A stretch of DNA of 34,991 bases from Patescibacteria group bacterium (GTDB lineage: Bacteria > Patescibacteriota > Minisyncoccia > Phycocordibacterales > SBAW01). The notes beneath the pieces were generated by a model. It saw only the letters and a list, made by a program, of their open reading frames with translations, did no database searches and had not been told where the DNA came from. How positions within the stretch are numbered: position 1 is the stretch's first letter; each line of letters opens with the position of its first letter. Below, piece after piece: positions 7,704-16,299 of this stretch. The stretch lies in NCBI GenBank assembly GCA_016176685.1, contig JACOWS010000005.1:1-34991 (forward strand), given 5' to 3'. The position numbers were made by a program, and so were the translations under genes.

Positions 7704-7757
7704 AGATATTGTCAGCCTGTCCAGCCAGTTCGAGCTATTTCAAGTATTCTGCACCAA

Positions 7758-7794
7758 AAAGAAAAATCCCCGATTTGTTCGGGGATTTTTCTTT
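7758..7794. terminator. Bidirectional intrinsic terminator downstream of hup
   Basis: AAAGAAAAATCCCCGA-TTTGT-TCGGGGATTTTTCTTT. Confidence 0.75.
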
Positions 7795-7800
7795 CGAGAG

Positions 7801-7861
7801 GACGCCGTCTAGAGGACTCTGTCCGGAAGACACCGTCTAGAGGACTAGACTCTGTCCGGAG
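7801..7861. repeat. Imperfect direct repeat (28/33 bp) in the hup 3' UTR
   Basis: GACGCCGTCTAGAGGACTCTGTCCGGAA then GACACCGTCTAGAGGACTAGACTCTGTCCGGAG. Confidence 0.75.
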
Positions 7862-7870
7862 GATTAAACG

Positions 7871-8143
7871 CTACCTAACCGCTTCTTTAAGCGCCTTTGC
7901 GGCTTGGAACTTCGGTACCCGCATAGACGGTACCTGCACTGCAGCCCCCGTGCGAGGGTTGCGTGCGGTGCGCGCCGCGCGCATTTTTGTCTTGAAGATG
8001 CCAAGACCGGCAATAGAAACCTCCTCACCCTTCTTGAGAGAACCGACGATGGTATCTATCATCGCCTCAACCGCGCGCTCTGCGTCGGCTTTGGTGGTGC
8101 CGAGCACATTGTGCACCTTTTCTGCGATATCTTGTTTATTCAT
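7871..8143 (-). CDS. hup: DNA-binding protein HU
   Basis: MNKQDI...GLGIF...ARTARNPRTG...PKFQAAKALKEAV. Confidence 0.95.
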   Translation of the reverse strand: MNKQDIAEKVHNVLGTTKADAERAVEAMIDTIVGSLKKGEEVSIAGLGIFKTKMRAARTARNPRTGAAVQVPSMRVPKFQAAKALKEAVR

Positions 8144-8275
8144 AAGCGATTATATTGGTTAATAATACGGCCTGCCCTGCGCCCACCAGTATAAACCCTT
8201 CAAAAAACCTTGCAATAGAGCCACAGGGATAGTGTTTACAATAATTTATCGCGCAAAAGTTGACAACTGTACAAA

Positions 8276-9805
8276 CTATCGTGCAAATTCGATAGCGCGA
8301 GTCTCCCGGATGACGTTTACCTTGACCTCTCCCGGGTATTTAAGCTCATTTTCGATGCGCATCGCGATGTTGCGAGCGAGTTCGCGGGCCGCAAAGTCGG
8401 TCATTTCGTCCGGTTTGACAAACACACGCACCTCGCGCCCGGCGGAAATGGCGTACGACTTTTCCACACCGGCAAACGAGTTGGCTATGGCCTCGATGTC
8501 GCCCAGGCGTTTGAGATAATTTTCGACACTGTCGCGCCTGGCACCCGGCCGGCCGCCTGAAATAGCATCCGCCACCTGCACGATAACCGACTCGGTCGTT
8601 TCGTATGGATACTCCTCGTGGTGAGACTGCATAGCTTTGACCACCTCTTCCGAGACGCCGAACTTCTGCAGTATTCGGCGGCCGATTTCCACATGGGTAC
8701 CCTGCACCTCATGGTCGAGGGCCTTGCCAATGTCGTGGAGCAAAGCACCCGCACGCGCCACGGCCGGGTTTGCACCCACCTCTTCGGCTATCATGCCGGC
8801 TAGGTGCGCCATTTCTATGGAATGCTGCAGAACCGACTGCCCATAGCTGGTGCGGAAGTGCAGCCGCCCCAATATCTGGGTCACCCGCGGGTCGAGGTTA
8901 AGCACCCCGGCTTCAAACGCCGCCGCCTCGCCTTTTTCTTTAATAATTTTATTTATCTCGTTCTTCGACTTTTCTACCGTCTCTTCAATTTTGGCCGGCT
9001 GTATGCGCCCGTCAATAATCAAGTTTTCAAGCGCAACGCGCGCTACGGCGCGGCGCACCGGGTCGTAGGAGGAAAGCACAATAGAGCCCGGCGTGTCATC
9101 GATAATAACCTCCACGCCGGTTGCACGCTCAAACGCTTTTATGTTGCGCCCTTCCTTGCCGATTATTTTTCCCTTAATGTCGTCGTTGGGGATAGTGATG
9201 GCGGTCGCCATCGTATCGGAGGCAACCGAGTTGCCAAGCCGGTGTATAGCGGTGGTGAGTATATCCTTGGCGCGACGCTCCAGCTTTTCCAACCCTTCGC
9301 GCTCGAGCTTTTGCGTGCGGACCATCAAGTCTTCGCTCGACTCACGCTCAAGCTCGGCATAGAGTTGCCCCAACGCGGCCTCTTTGGAAAGTCCCGCAAC
9401 CTTAGCGAGCTCGCCCGCGCGCTCGGCAAGCAATGCATCAGCTCGCTCTTTTACCGCCCTTACCTCCTCGATGCGCGCCTTAATGGCGCCCACCTCGCGG
9501 TCGAGCTCCTGCTGTTTTTTTTCGAGCGTTTCCTCACGCTTAAAAATGCGTTCTTCTTGCCGCGCAACCTTGTTCTCCTCCTCTTTTAGCTCCGCTTCCG
9601 CAGCGACCAACTTTTGCTTGCCCTCCTCTTCTGCGGCTACGGTTATTTTCTTCGCCTCTTCGCGCGCGTTAAAAAGGATCTGCCGTATTTCAACCTCGAT
9701 AGAACCTTTGCGCGACAAAACCAAAAGCCAGCGGAATACATAGCCGATAGCCGCTCCCAAGAGGCCCGAGAGGCCTAGGAGTAAAAATACTATTTTTAAT
9801 GACAT
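8276..9805 (-). CDS. rny: Ribonuclease Y
   Basis: N-terminal TM helix, coiled coil, KH domain (KGKIIGKEGRNI), HD domain (LLHDIGK), RPGARR. Confidence 0.96.
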   Translation of the reverse strand: MSLKIVFLLLGLSGLLGAAIGYVFRWLLVLSRKGSIEVEIRQILFNAREEAKKITVAAEEEGKQKLVAAEAELKEEENKVARQEERIFKREETLEKKQQELDREVGAIKARIEEVRAVKERADALLAERAGELAKVAGLSKEAALGQLYAELERESSEDLMVRTQKLEREGLEKLERRAKDILTTAIHRLGNSVASDTMATAITIPNDDIKGKIIGKEGRNIKAFERATGVEVIIDDTPGSIVLSSYDPVRRAVARVALENLIIDGRIQPAKIEETVEKSKNEINKIIKEKGEAAAFEAGVLNLDPRVTQILGRLHFRTSYGQSVLQHSIEMAHLAGMIAEEVGANPAVARAGALLHDIGKALDHEVQGTHVEIGRRILQKFGVSEEVVKAMQSHHEEYPYETTESVIVQVADAISGGRPGARRDSVENYLKRLGDIEAIANSFAGVEKSYAISAGREVRVFVKPDEMTDFAARELARNIAMRIENELKYPGEVKVNVIRETRAIEFAR

Positions 9806-10014
9806 AGGCGATTATTGCTAACCGCTTATGCCCCGAGCTCTTCCGTTTTTGCCGCGCCACAGGGGCGGGTCGCTGTGATTATTGCACGCAGAATGCTCGT
9901 GTGTTTAGTGCTTTCACAGAAATATTCGTTACGAGTGGAGCAAGAGCGGAAAACATAGATTAAAGTGTTGAATATAAACGATATGCACGCGAACAAACAT
10001 AGCAGAACACCCTT

Positions 10015-10043
10015 ACCATACCAGAAAAGGTGGCTTTCCGCAA
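10015..10043 (-). promoter_or_regulatory. Putative rny promoter, implying a leader of about 200 nt
   Basis: Minus strand TTGCGG-17 nt-TATGGT. Confidence 0.45.
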
Positions 10044-10068
10044 CCTAAGAAAAACGGAAACTATATAC

Positions 10069-10341
10069 CTACTCACCCTGAACCTTAAAGTAGTAGCCTA
10101 TGATGAAGCCGAGTGGCCCCGAGAGAATACCAGAAACGGCAAGTAGCATATCCTTATAGTCTGTTACAGCAAATCCCTTGTAAGCCGCAATAGCCAGCAC
10201 TATGACAATAACCCCCAAATAACCAACAACATAATAAAGGGCTATTTTACTTCTCGTATGTTCTCGGTGTTGAGATAGTTTAAAAGCCCGTTGTGTGGGC
10301 GGCAAATATTGGTCAAGTTCTACATTGCCGTTACTAGCCAT
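10069..10341 (-). CDS. Passenger: two-TM membrane protein (90 aa)
   Basis: Two hydrophobic helices; stop codon lies in the left TIR. Confidence 0.7.
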   Translation of the reverse strand: MASNGNVELDQYLPPTQRAFKLSQHREHTRSKIALYYVVGYLGVIVIVLAIAAYKGFAVTDYKDMLLAVSGILSGPLGFIIGYYFKVQGE

Positions 10342-10342
10342 A

Positions 10343-10558
10343 TTAAAGTTCTTTCACTTCTATAGCGTAACGCTTACCGTCAGCGTCCTCTTTGACGATT
10401 TTGTTGTCTTTGGCAATATCCAAAAGCTTCATTCCTTTTAGAAGTACATCAACAGGAGTGGTATCAAAGTTTATTGCAAGCTCATTCAACTTCTTCAAAG
10501 CCCCGTTGGTAAAATTAACAGTTAGCTTGTCTTCCTTTTTTGTAGTTTCCTCGGCCAT
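10343..10558 (-). CDS. Passenger: 71-aa protein, possible ribbon-helix-helix
   Basis: KLTVNF strand followed by two amphipathic helices; ATG at 10558. Confidence 0.6.
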   Translation of the reverse strand: MAEETTKKEDKLTVNFTNGALKKLNELAINFDTTPVDVLLKGMKLLDIAKDNKIVKEDADGKRYAIEVKEL

Positions 10559-10580
10559 GATTTTAGTATAGCAAATTGCC

Positions 10581-10706
10581 TTATTTCTTGCGCTCCCTAC
10601 GGGTTTTTTTCTTAGACTTACCAATAACACCAAGTGCCTCGTCAAAGCCGAGGTTGATAGGGACGTGGAGTTTGGATTTGCGCCCTCGTGGGTCTTTCTT
10701 TTTCAT
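10581..10706 (-). CDS. Passenger: 41-aa very basic peptide
   Basis: MKKKDPRGRKSKLHVPINLGFDEALGVIGKSKKKTRRERKK; ATGA overlap with the upstream ORF. Confidence 0.5.
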   Translation of the reverse strand: MKKKDPRGRKSKLHVPINLGFDEALGVIGKSKKKTRRERKK

Positions 10707-10861
10707 GAGCACTTCTTGTACTTTAACAAGATGCTACTTAGTTCCGATTCTATCGTACACACTTTCACCAAAAAGCTTCCGGTTGTAAGCCCAAAAAGGA
10801 ACCACGCCAAGACAAGCACTATAGTTAGTTTGAACCAGTTCTCTTTTAGAAAGCTTTTCAT
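10703..10861 (-). CDS. Passenger: 52-aa single-TM protein
   Basis: MKSFLKENWFKLTIVLVLAWFLFGL...; ATGA overlaps at both ends. Confidence 0.55.
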   Translation of the reverse strand: MKSFLKENWFKLTIVLVLAWFLFGLTTGSFLVKVCTIESELSSILLKYKKCS

Positions 10862-11460
10862 GCGGTCAATGCCTTGTAAGATATTTTACCACGCTTGGCG
10901 ATTTTTGCTGTAGCCAAGTCAAACTTTATATCCATGCCGTTCTGTCGGTCAGGAATAGGAAACGCTCTCATGCGACTTCCGCGTTCTGTCATGCCCATTA
11001 CCGCTGTCTTTTTAGAAAAGCCGTACTTGCGGTTATTTTTACCGCCGAGATAGGTTTCGTCTGCCTCCACCACGCCTATCAATTTGCCCCGACCTTGCTT
11101 TAGAGCCTCGCGGATACGCATATCCATAAACCAAGCGGTCTTTTGGATTACGCCGACCTGCTCCGCCAACGAGATAGAGGAGATACCCTTCTTGGAGGTT
11201 GTAAGGAGGTAGATAGCGATAAACCACTTTTGCATAGGTAACTTGCTCTCGCCAAAGAGCGTACCCGTCTTGATAGTAAAATCGCGCTTGCACTTGTCGC
11301 AACGATACCGCTTGTCGTCAGCAAAGCGCATTATCTTAGTGTGCTTACAATGCGGGCAGAAATCCCCCTTAGCAAAGCGGATAGCCTCAAAATGTTTGCG
11401 GCAAGCCGCCTCGTTATTGAAATGCCCCGCAAACTGCGCCAATGTCTTAAACTCTTTCAT
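10858..11460 (-). pseudogene. IS1595-family transposase with an apparent in-frame internal deletion
   Basis: Zn ribbon CPHC...CDKC, GTLF..SKLPMQKWF.AIYL...KKGISS, VEADETYLGG and the terminal ISYKAL are present; the TD/HTN/E catalytic segment is absent; 200 aa. Confidence 0.8.
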
Positions 11461-11633
11461 ACTCCTATCTTATACCCGTTAGTTAGGGTAGTCAAATGCT
11501 GGAAATAGTACAAAAGTAGACAACTACTTTGTCAAATCAATGAACTGTTTATAACTTCTTGCAATATTCACCTGCCTAGTGGTAGTATGTTCGTACGTCA
11601 CCTCGCCCGGCCTTGCGCCGGGTTTTTCCGTCC

Positions 11634-12206
11634 CTACTTTGTACGCGGCTTGCGCTCAACTGCGTCCCTAATTGAGTCAAGAGATACAAACCAAGAACCT
11701 TCTCTTATTTCCCAAGCGCAATTGTTTTTATAAGCAACAAACTTGATACGTTTCTGTTGCTGTAGGATATTGTCTTTGGTACGCATGAAATCACTATCAC
11801 CGCTTGCTATATAGACCATATCTAGATCTGACAAGTCCTTCATTATTTCGTCATGCATCTCGACATCAAAGTTACATTTATTTTTGAAACCTTTTGGGTC
11901 GGACGAGTCGCGTAGTTTTTTGAGAGGTTTACCTGTCACCTCAAAACCCTCGCGCTCCCAATATTTAATCAATGCTTCGCTGATGGTCTTGGCTGGCTCA
12001 TACTTTGGAAGTCCTTTATAAATACGAGCGTGTACCACCTCATTAACTTCTGCAACCCACTTGTGGAGTTTTACATAGTCTGTCAACCACCCTGTGGCCC
12101 TACCGCGTTTGAAAAGGTTTGAGTCATCAATATAAATACCCACCTTCGGTTTAGGTGGAAGTGACGACAAGAACTCATAGGCAAACTCATGTAGAGGCCG
12201 GTACAT
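11634..12206 (-). CDS. Passenger: NYN/LabA-family PIN-like nuclease
   Basis: IYIDDSNL, KCNFDVEM and ASGDSDF motifs. Confidence 0.85.
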   Translation of the reverse strand: MYRPLHEFAYEFLSSLPPKPKVGIYIDDSNLFKRGRATGWLTDYVKLHKWVAEVNEVVHARIYKGLPKYEPAKTISEALIKYWEREGFEVTGKPLKKLRDSSDPKGFKNKCNFDVEMHDEIMKDLSDLDMVYIASGDSDFMRTKDNILQQQKRIKFVAYKNNCAWEIREGSWFVSLDSIRDAVERKPRTK

Positions 12207-12282
12207 AAAAACGCCCTACGGGCGCAAGGATATAATACCACACTTTTTTAACTTTCAACCTATTGTGGTGTACAATCGGGGC

Positions 12283-12462
12283 ATGGAACAAGACACTAAA
12301 CGTAAGTGGCGTTGGGGCGCAATCGTTTTATTCATTTTTGGCCTGGCTATGCTATGGGAGGCAACTCAACAGACCGAGCCAATTAGCATTGCTACGGCGC
12401 TCATTGTCGGCGGTCCGCTCGTCTTTTTCATGGGACGCGAGCTTTTCTGGAAAAAACGCTAG
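12283..12462 (+). CDS. Passenger: 59-aa two-TM protein
   Basis: TACAAT-6 nt-ATG; two hydrophobic segments; stop overlaps the right TIR. Confidence 0.6.
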   Translation: MEQDTKRKWRWGAIVLFIFGLAMLWEATQQTEPISIATALIVGGPLVFFMGRELFWKKR

Positions 12463-12503
12463 GGTGAATAGGTATATAGTTCCCAGAAAAACCTTAGGCG
12501 GCG

Positions 12504-13118
12504 CTACTTTTTACCGCCCTTGTGGGCAAAGATGTCGTCTATCACGCCGTATTTTTTGGCTTCCTCTGCCGACATAAAGTAGTCGCGCTCAACGTCTTTT
12601 TCTATTTTATCAAGCGGCTGGCCGGTTGCTTTGGCAAGCAGTTTGTTGAGCCGCTCTCTGGTGGCAATGATGTGTTTGGCGGTTATCTCGATGTCGGTGG
12701 CCTGGCCCTGGGCACCCCCCCACGGCTGGTGGATCATCACCTCGGCATTGGGCAGTGCAAAGCGCTTGCCATGTGTCCCCCCGGCCAAGAGTATCGCCGC
12801 GCCGGATGCCGCAATGCCCACGCACACGGTGGCCACGTCGGGCTTGATGTAGTTGATGGTATCGAGCATCGCCAAGGTGGCCGTGACCGAGCCGCCGGGG
12901 GAGTTGATGTAGAGTTGAATATCTTTTTTTGCGTCTTCCGATGCCAAAAACAAAAGCTGCGCGATTATAAGGTTCGCGGTGTTGTCCTCAATGGGCCCAC
13001 CCAAAAAGATTATCCTGTCTTTGAGCAGACGCGAGTAGATGTCGAACGCCCGCTCGCCATAGGGGCTTTTCTCCACCACCATCGGCACCAGCTGTGCATA
13101 CGTTTCTTTATGTTCCAT
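12504..13118 (-). CDS. clpP: ATP-dependent Clp protease proteolytic subunit
   Basis: [35 protein letters not shown]. Confidence 0.97.
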   Translation of the reverse strand: MEHKETYAQLVPMVVEKSPYGERAFDIYSRLLKDRIIFLGGPIEDNTANLIIAQLLFLASEDAKKDIQLYINSPGGSVTATLAMLDTINYIKPDVATVCVGIAASGAAILLAGGTHGKRFALPNAEVMIHQPWGGAQGQATDIEITAKHIIATRERLNKLLAKATGQPLDKIEKDVERDYFMSAEEAKKYGVIDDIFAHKGGKK

Positions 13119-13130
13119 AGTGTGGCTATA

Positions 13131-14201
13131 TTACGCTTTTTCCTCGGTTCCTTCAAGCAGCTGGAGGGCGCGCTCGTTGCGCATAATTGTTTCGATATGC
13201 ACCTTTAAAAGTTCCGGCCGCGCGTCGGGGAAGTGCTTGAGCGCATGCTCCATTTCCGTTTTTACCGCCTCTTCCTCGGGCTCTATCTTTGCCTCCTCGG
13301 CAATTTTGTTAAGTGCCAACTGCAGGGTGGCGCGCTTATGCGCCTGGTCGCGGAACTCTCCCCGCAACTGCTCCTCCGTTTTTCCCACTTGTTTTAGGTA
13401 GCCGTCAAAAGTTAAGCCGAATCTAGTAACATCTTCTTTGAGTTGGCCCATAATTTTTTGGAGCTCGCTTTCCACAAAAATTATGGGCACCTCTATGGAT
13501 ATCTTTTTCAAAAGCACGTTTATGATCTCGCCGCGGCGTTTGTCCTTCGCCTTCTGCTCTTTTTCTAACTTCACATTTTCTTTTATTTTTATTTTCAAAT
13601 CCTCAAGATTTTTAAAATTGCCGAGCCCTTGTGCAAATGCGTCGTCAAGCGCCGGCAGGGCCTCTTCTTTCACCTCTGCCTTGGGGTCTTGACCCGGGGC
13701 GGCCGCTTTTGCGCGTGCGCGCCTCAGCGAGGTGATGGCATTGTCTACCTCGTCGGTTATGGTGTCCGGCACGGGCTCCAACCGCACCGTTTCTCCCAAT
13801 ATGCGCCAGTTTTTGGGGAGCACTACCTCTGGGTACACCGCCGTGCGCACCAAAAGCCCCACGGGGTTGCCTTCTGCCAACTTGGTTACCTGCACGTTCG
13901 GCTGGCCGACCACGTCGGCTTTGTGCTCGGTTACCAGGGCGGGGTAGAAGTCGCGCATAAAACGCTCGACCGCCTCCTCAAGCACCGCCGACTCTCCGAT
14001 TTTTTTCAGTGCAACATCCGCCGGTACATGTCCTGCGCGAAAGCCCGGCAGCTCCAAATGGCTTGCCAAATGCCCCAGCGCTTCGGTGCGGTAGGGCTCC
14101 ACAGCGGCAAAGGGTACTTCGCCTTGGAGCTCGATTTCCGAGCCGGGGAGCCGCTTGAGCGCAAACGCATGCGCGAGAGTGATAAATTGCTCACTCGACA
14201 T
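13131..14201 (-). CDS. tig: Trigger factor lacking the FKBP PPIase domain
   Basis: LPGFRAGHVP ribosome-binding motif, C-domain LPALDDAFA; 356 aa; upstream of clpP. Confidence 0.88.
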   Translation of the reverse strand: MSSEQFITLAHAFALKRLPGSEIELQGEVPFAAVEPYRTEALGHLASHLELPGFRAGHVPADVALKKIGESAVLEEAVERFMRDFYPALVTEHKADVVGQPNVQVTKLAEGNPVGLLVRTAVYPEVVLPKNWRILGETVRLEPVPDTITDEVDNAITSLRRARAKAAAPGQDPKAEVKEEALPALDDAFAQGLGNFKNLEDLKIKIKENVKLEKEQKAKDKRRGEIINVLLKKISIEVPIIFVESELQKIMGQLKEDVTRFGLTFDGYLKQVGKTEEQLRGEFRDQAHKRATLQLALNKIAEEAKIEPEEEAVKTEMEHALKHFPDARPELLKVHIETIMRNERALQLLEGTEEKA

Positions 14202-14219
14202 TGTGCGATACTAGCACAT

Positions 14220-14417
14220 CTAGGAGGTGGCTGTCTCTTGGCCGGGGAGCGGGGAGTCAGGTGCCGGTGTGGAGTTAAACTTGCTCTTTTGCGTTATAAA
14301 AAAATAGGCGCCGCCCAGGCCAAGCATAATGACCACGATGATTATGGCAGCCAAGGGTCCCACGGGCTCGCGCTGCGGTTTTTTATCGGTGTATTGAGCG
14401 GTATCGCGACTCTCCAT
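14220..14417 (-). CDS. Small single-TM protein (65 aa)
   Basis: TATACT-6 nt-ATG; GPLAAIIIVVIMLGLGGAYFF helix. Confidence 0.7.
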   Translation of the reverse strand: MESRDTAQYTDKKPQREPVGPLAAIIIVVIMLGLGGAYFFITQKSKFNSTPAPDSPLPGQETATS

Positions 14418-14431
14418 GCGCAAAGTATATC

Positions 14432-14971
14432 CTATTTTTTTCCAAACTTCTGGTTGTAGAGCTTGATAGACTTTTGCACCGCGGCCACGGCCTCGGCCTT
14501 ACCCTTGATGCCATGTATTTCGACTAGGGCCGGCTTACCTTTAAGCGCTTTGTAGGTTTCAAAAAAATGTTGAAACTCTTTTAGCAGGTGTGTATTAAGG
14601 TCCGCAAGGTCGTTGACGTCGTCCCAACGCTTGTCGTCAACGGGCACCGCGATAACTTTGTAGTCGGACTCGCCGCTGTCTATCATCTCCATTACCGCTA
14701 CCGGGCGCGCGGCAACCAAAATGCCCGGCAGGAGCGCGTAGGTGGTAAGCAACACCACGTCAAGCGGGTCGTCATCTTCCCACAAAGTTTGCGGCGCAAA
14801 GCCATAGTCAAAAGGGTAAGCGGCCGCCGAGTAGTTGGCGCGGTCGAGTTTTATAAGCCCGGTTTTTTTGTCCACCTCATACTTGTTGTTGGAGCCGCGG
14901 GGGATTTCTATGATGACATTAATTTCTTCAGGAACATGGTCGCCCAGCGGTACGTCGTGCCACAAATTCAT
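14432..14971 (-). CDS. ppa: Family I inorganic pyrophosphatase
   Basis: EIP..S.NKYE, DR, YG..PQTL.EDDDPLDV, DYKVIAV, FFETYK. Confidence 0.96.
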   Translation of the reverse strand: MNLWHDVPLGDHVPEEINVIIEIPRGSNNKYEVDKKTGLIKLDRANYSAAAYPFDYGFAPQTLWEDDDPLDVVLLTTYALLPGILVAARPVAVMEMIDSGESDYKVIAVPVDDKRWDDVNDLADLNTHLLKEFQHFFETYKALKGKPALVEIHGIKGKAEAVAAVQKSIKLYNQKFGKK

Positions 14972-14995
14972 ACTAAATAGTATAACAAATAATTT

Positions 14996-16189
14996 TTACT
15001 CCGGTTTTTCCGCGGCCTTACCTTCCGCCTTTTCTTCGGTTTGCTCTTCGGCCTTGGCAAGCTGCTCGCCCTTGGCAGATTGTATATCGATGCGCCAGCC
15101 GGTCAGCTTTGCCGCCAGGCGCACATTTTGCCCGCCGCGGCCTATGGCAAGCGACTGTTGGTCCTCGGCTACCATAATGCTCGCTTTATGCTCTTCTTCT
15201 TCTAGCGTTACCGACAGTACTCGCGCGGGGGAGAGCGCTTCCTCTATAAACGCCTTCGGGTCTTCCGACCATTCTATGATGTCGATTTTTTCGCCGCCTA
15301 GCTCCGAGGTTACGGTTGAGACGCGCACGCCCCGCTGGCCCACCAAGGAACCCACCGGGTCTACATGTGCATCGCTCGAGGCGACAGCCACTTTGGAGCG
15401 GCTGCCCGCTTCGCGCGCGATGGCTTTAAACACCACCGTGCCGTGTGCCGCTTCTGGTACCTCCATTTCAAACAGCTTGGCCAAAAATTGCGGGTTCGCG
15501 CGGGAAAGGCGCAGGTATATCCCGCGCGGCGACTCTTCCACCTGATAGAGCAATGCGCGCAGGCGCTCGCCCTGGCGGTAGCGCTCGCCGGGTATCTGCT
15601 CTTCGTAGGGGAGTATCCCGGTGGCGCGGCCGAGGTCGACATAAATGTTGCCGCGCTCCATGCGCTGCACCGTGCCGGAGACGATTTCTCCCGCCCGCTT
15701 GCCAAACTCGGCCACGACGGAAACCTTTTCCGCCTCGCGGATTTTTTGGATAATCACCTGCTTGGCGGTTTGTGCGGCGATGCGGCCGTAGTCCTCTCTG
15801 ACCTCAAGCGGGAAGATTAGTTCGTCGCCCAGCTCGGCGTCGCGCTTAATCAGTTTTGCATCCTCGAGCACAATGTGCTGTTCGGGGTTAAAGCGGGACA
15901 AAAGCTCCTCGTCGGTCATCTCCTGCGGCGGCTTCTGCGTCGCTTCTTCATCGCCCTCTTTTACAAAACGTACGGTCGACTTGTCCACCACCACTTTTAC
16001 CTGGCTGAACTCCGTGGTGCCAAGGTCGAGGTTGATGTGCGCGCGGATAATCTGCCCCTTTTTTGCATATTCTTTTTTGTAGGCGGTAGCAAGCGCGGCC
16101 TCTATCGCCTCGATCACTTTTTGTTTCGGTATCCCGCGCTCTTCTTCAAGCTCGCTCAAGATAGATTGTATTACTTTGATGTCAAACAT
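14996..16189 (-). CDS. nusA: Transcription termination factor NusA
   Basis: GRIAAQTAKQVIIQKIREAE, S1 and KH domains (AREAGSRSK, AIGRGGQNVRLA); ATG at 16189 preferred. Confidence 0.95.
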   Translation of the reverse strand: MFDIKVIQSILSELEEERGIPKQKVIEAIEAALATAYKKEYAKKGQIIRAHINLDLGTTEFSQVKVVVDKSTVRFVKEGDEEATQKPPQEMTDEELLSRFNPEQHIVLEDAKLIKRDAELGDELIFPLEVREDYGRIAAQTAKQVIIQKIREAEKVSVVAEFGKRAGEIVSGTVQRMERGNIYVDLGRATGILPYEEQIPGERYRQGERLRALLYQVEESPRGIYLRLSRANPQFLAKLFEMEVPEAAHGTVVFKAIAREAGSRSKVAVASSDAHVDPVGSLVGQRGVRVSTVTSELGGEKIDIIEWSEDPKAFIEEALSPARVLSVTLEEEEHKASIMVAEDQQSLAIGRGGQNVRLAAKLTGWRIDIQSAKGEQLAKAEEQTEEKAEGKAAEKPE

Positions 16190-16299
16190 AATTTTTTGTG
16201 TGTTTTTAAAAACTGAACCGCCCTCGTGGGCGGCTATCAGATGCACATAATCGTATATCAACAGCCCTTTTTAGTCAAGACCGATATATACTAGTAGTA

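Larger units (their letters stand above)
10056..12484. mobile_element. IS1595-family element with passenger genes (2429 bp), probably non-autonomous
   Basis: TIRs GGAAACTATATACCTACTCACCCT (10056-10079) and reverse complement GGGAACTATATACCTATTCACCCT (12461-12484), 22/24 identical; 8-bp direct repeat AGAAAAAC at 10048-10055 and 12485-12492; AT-rich interior; IS1595-type transposase. Confidence 0.92.
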
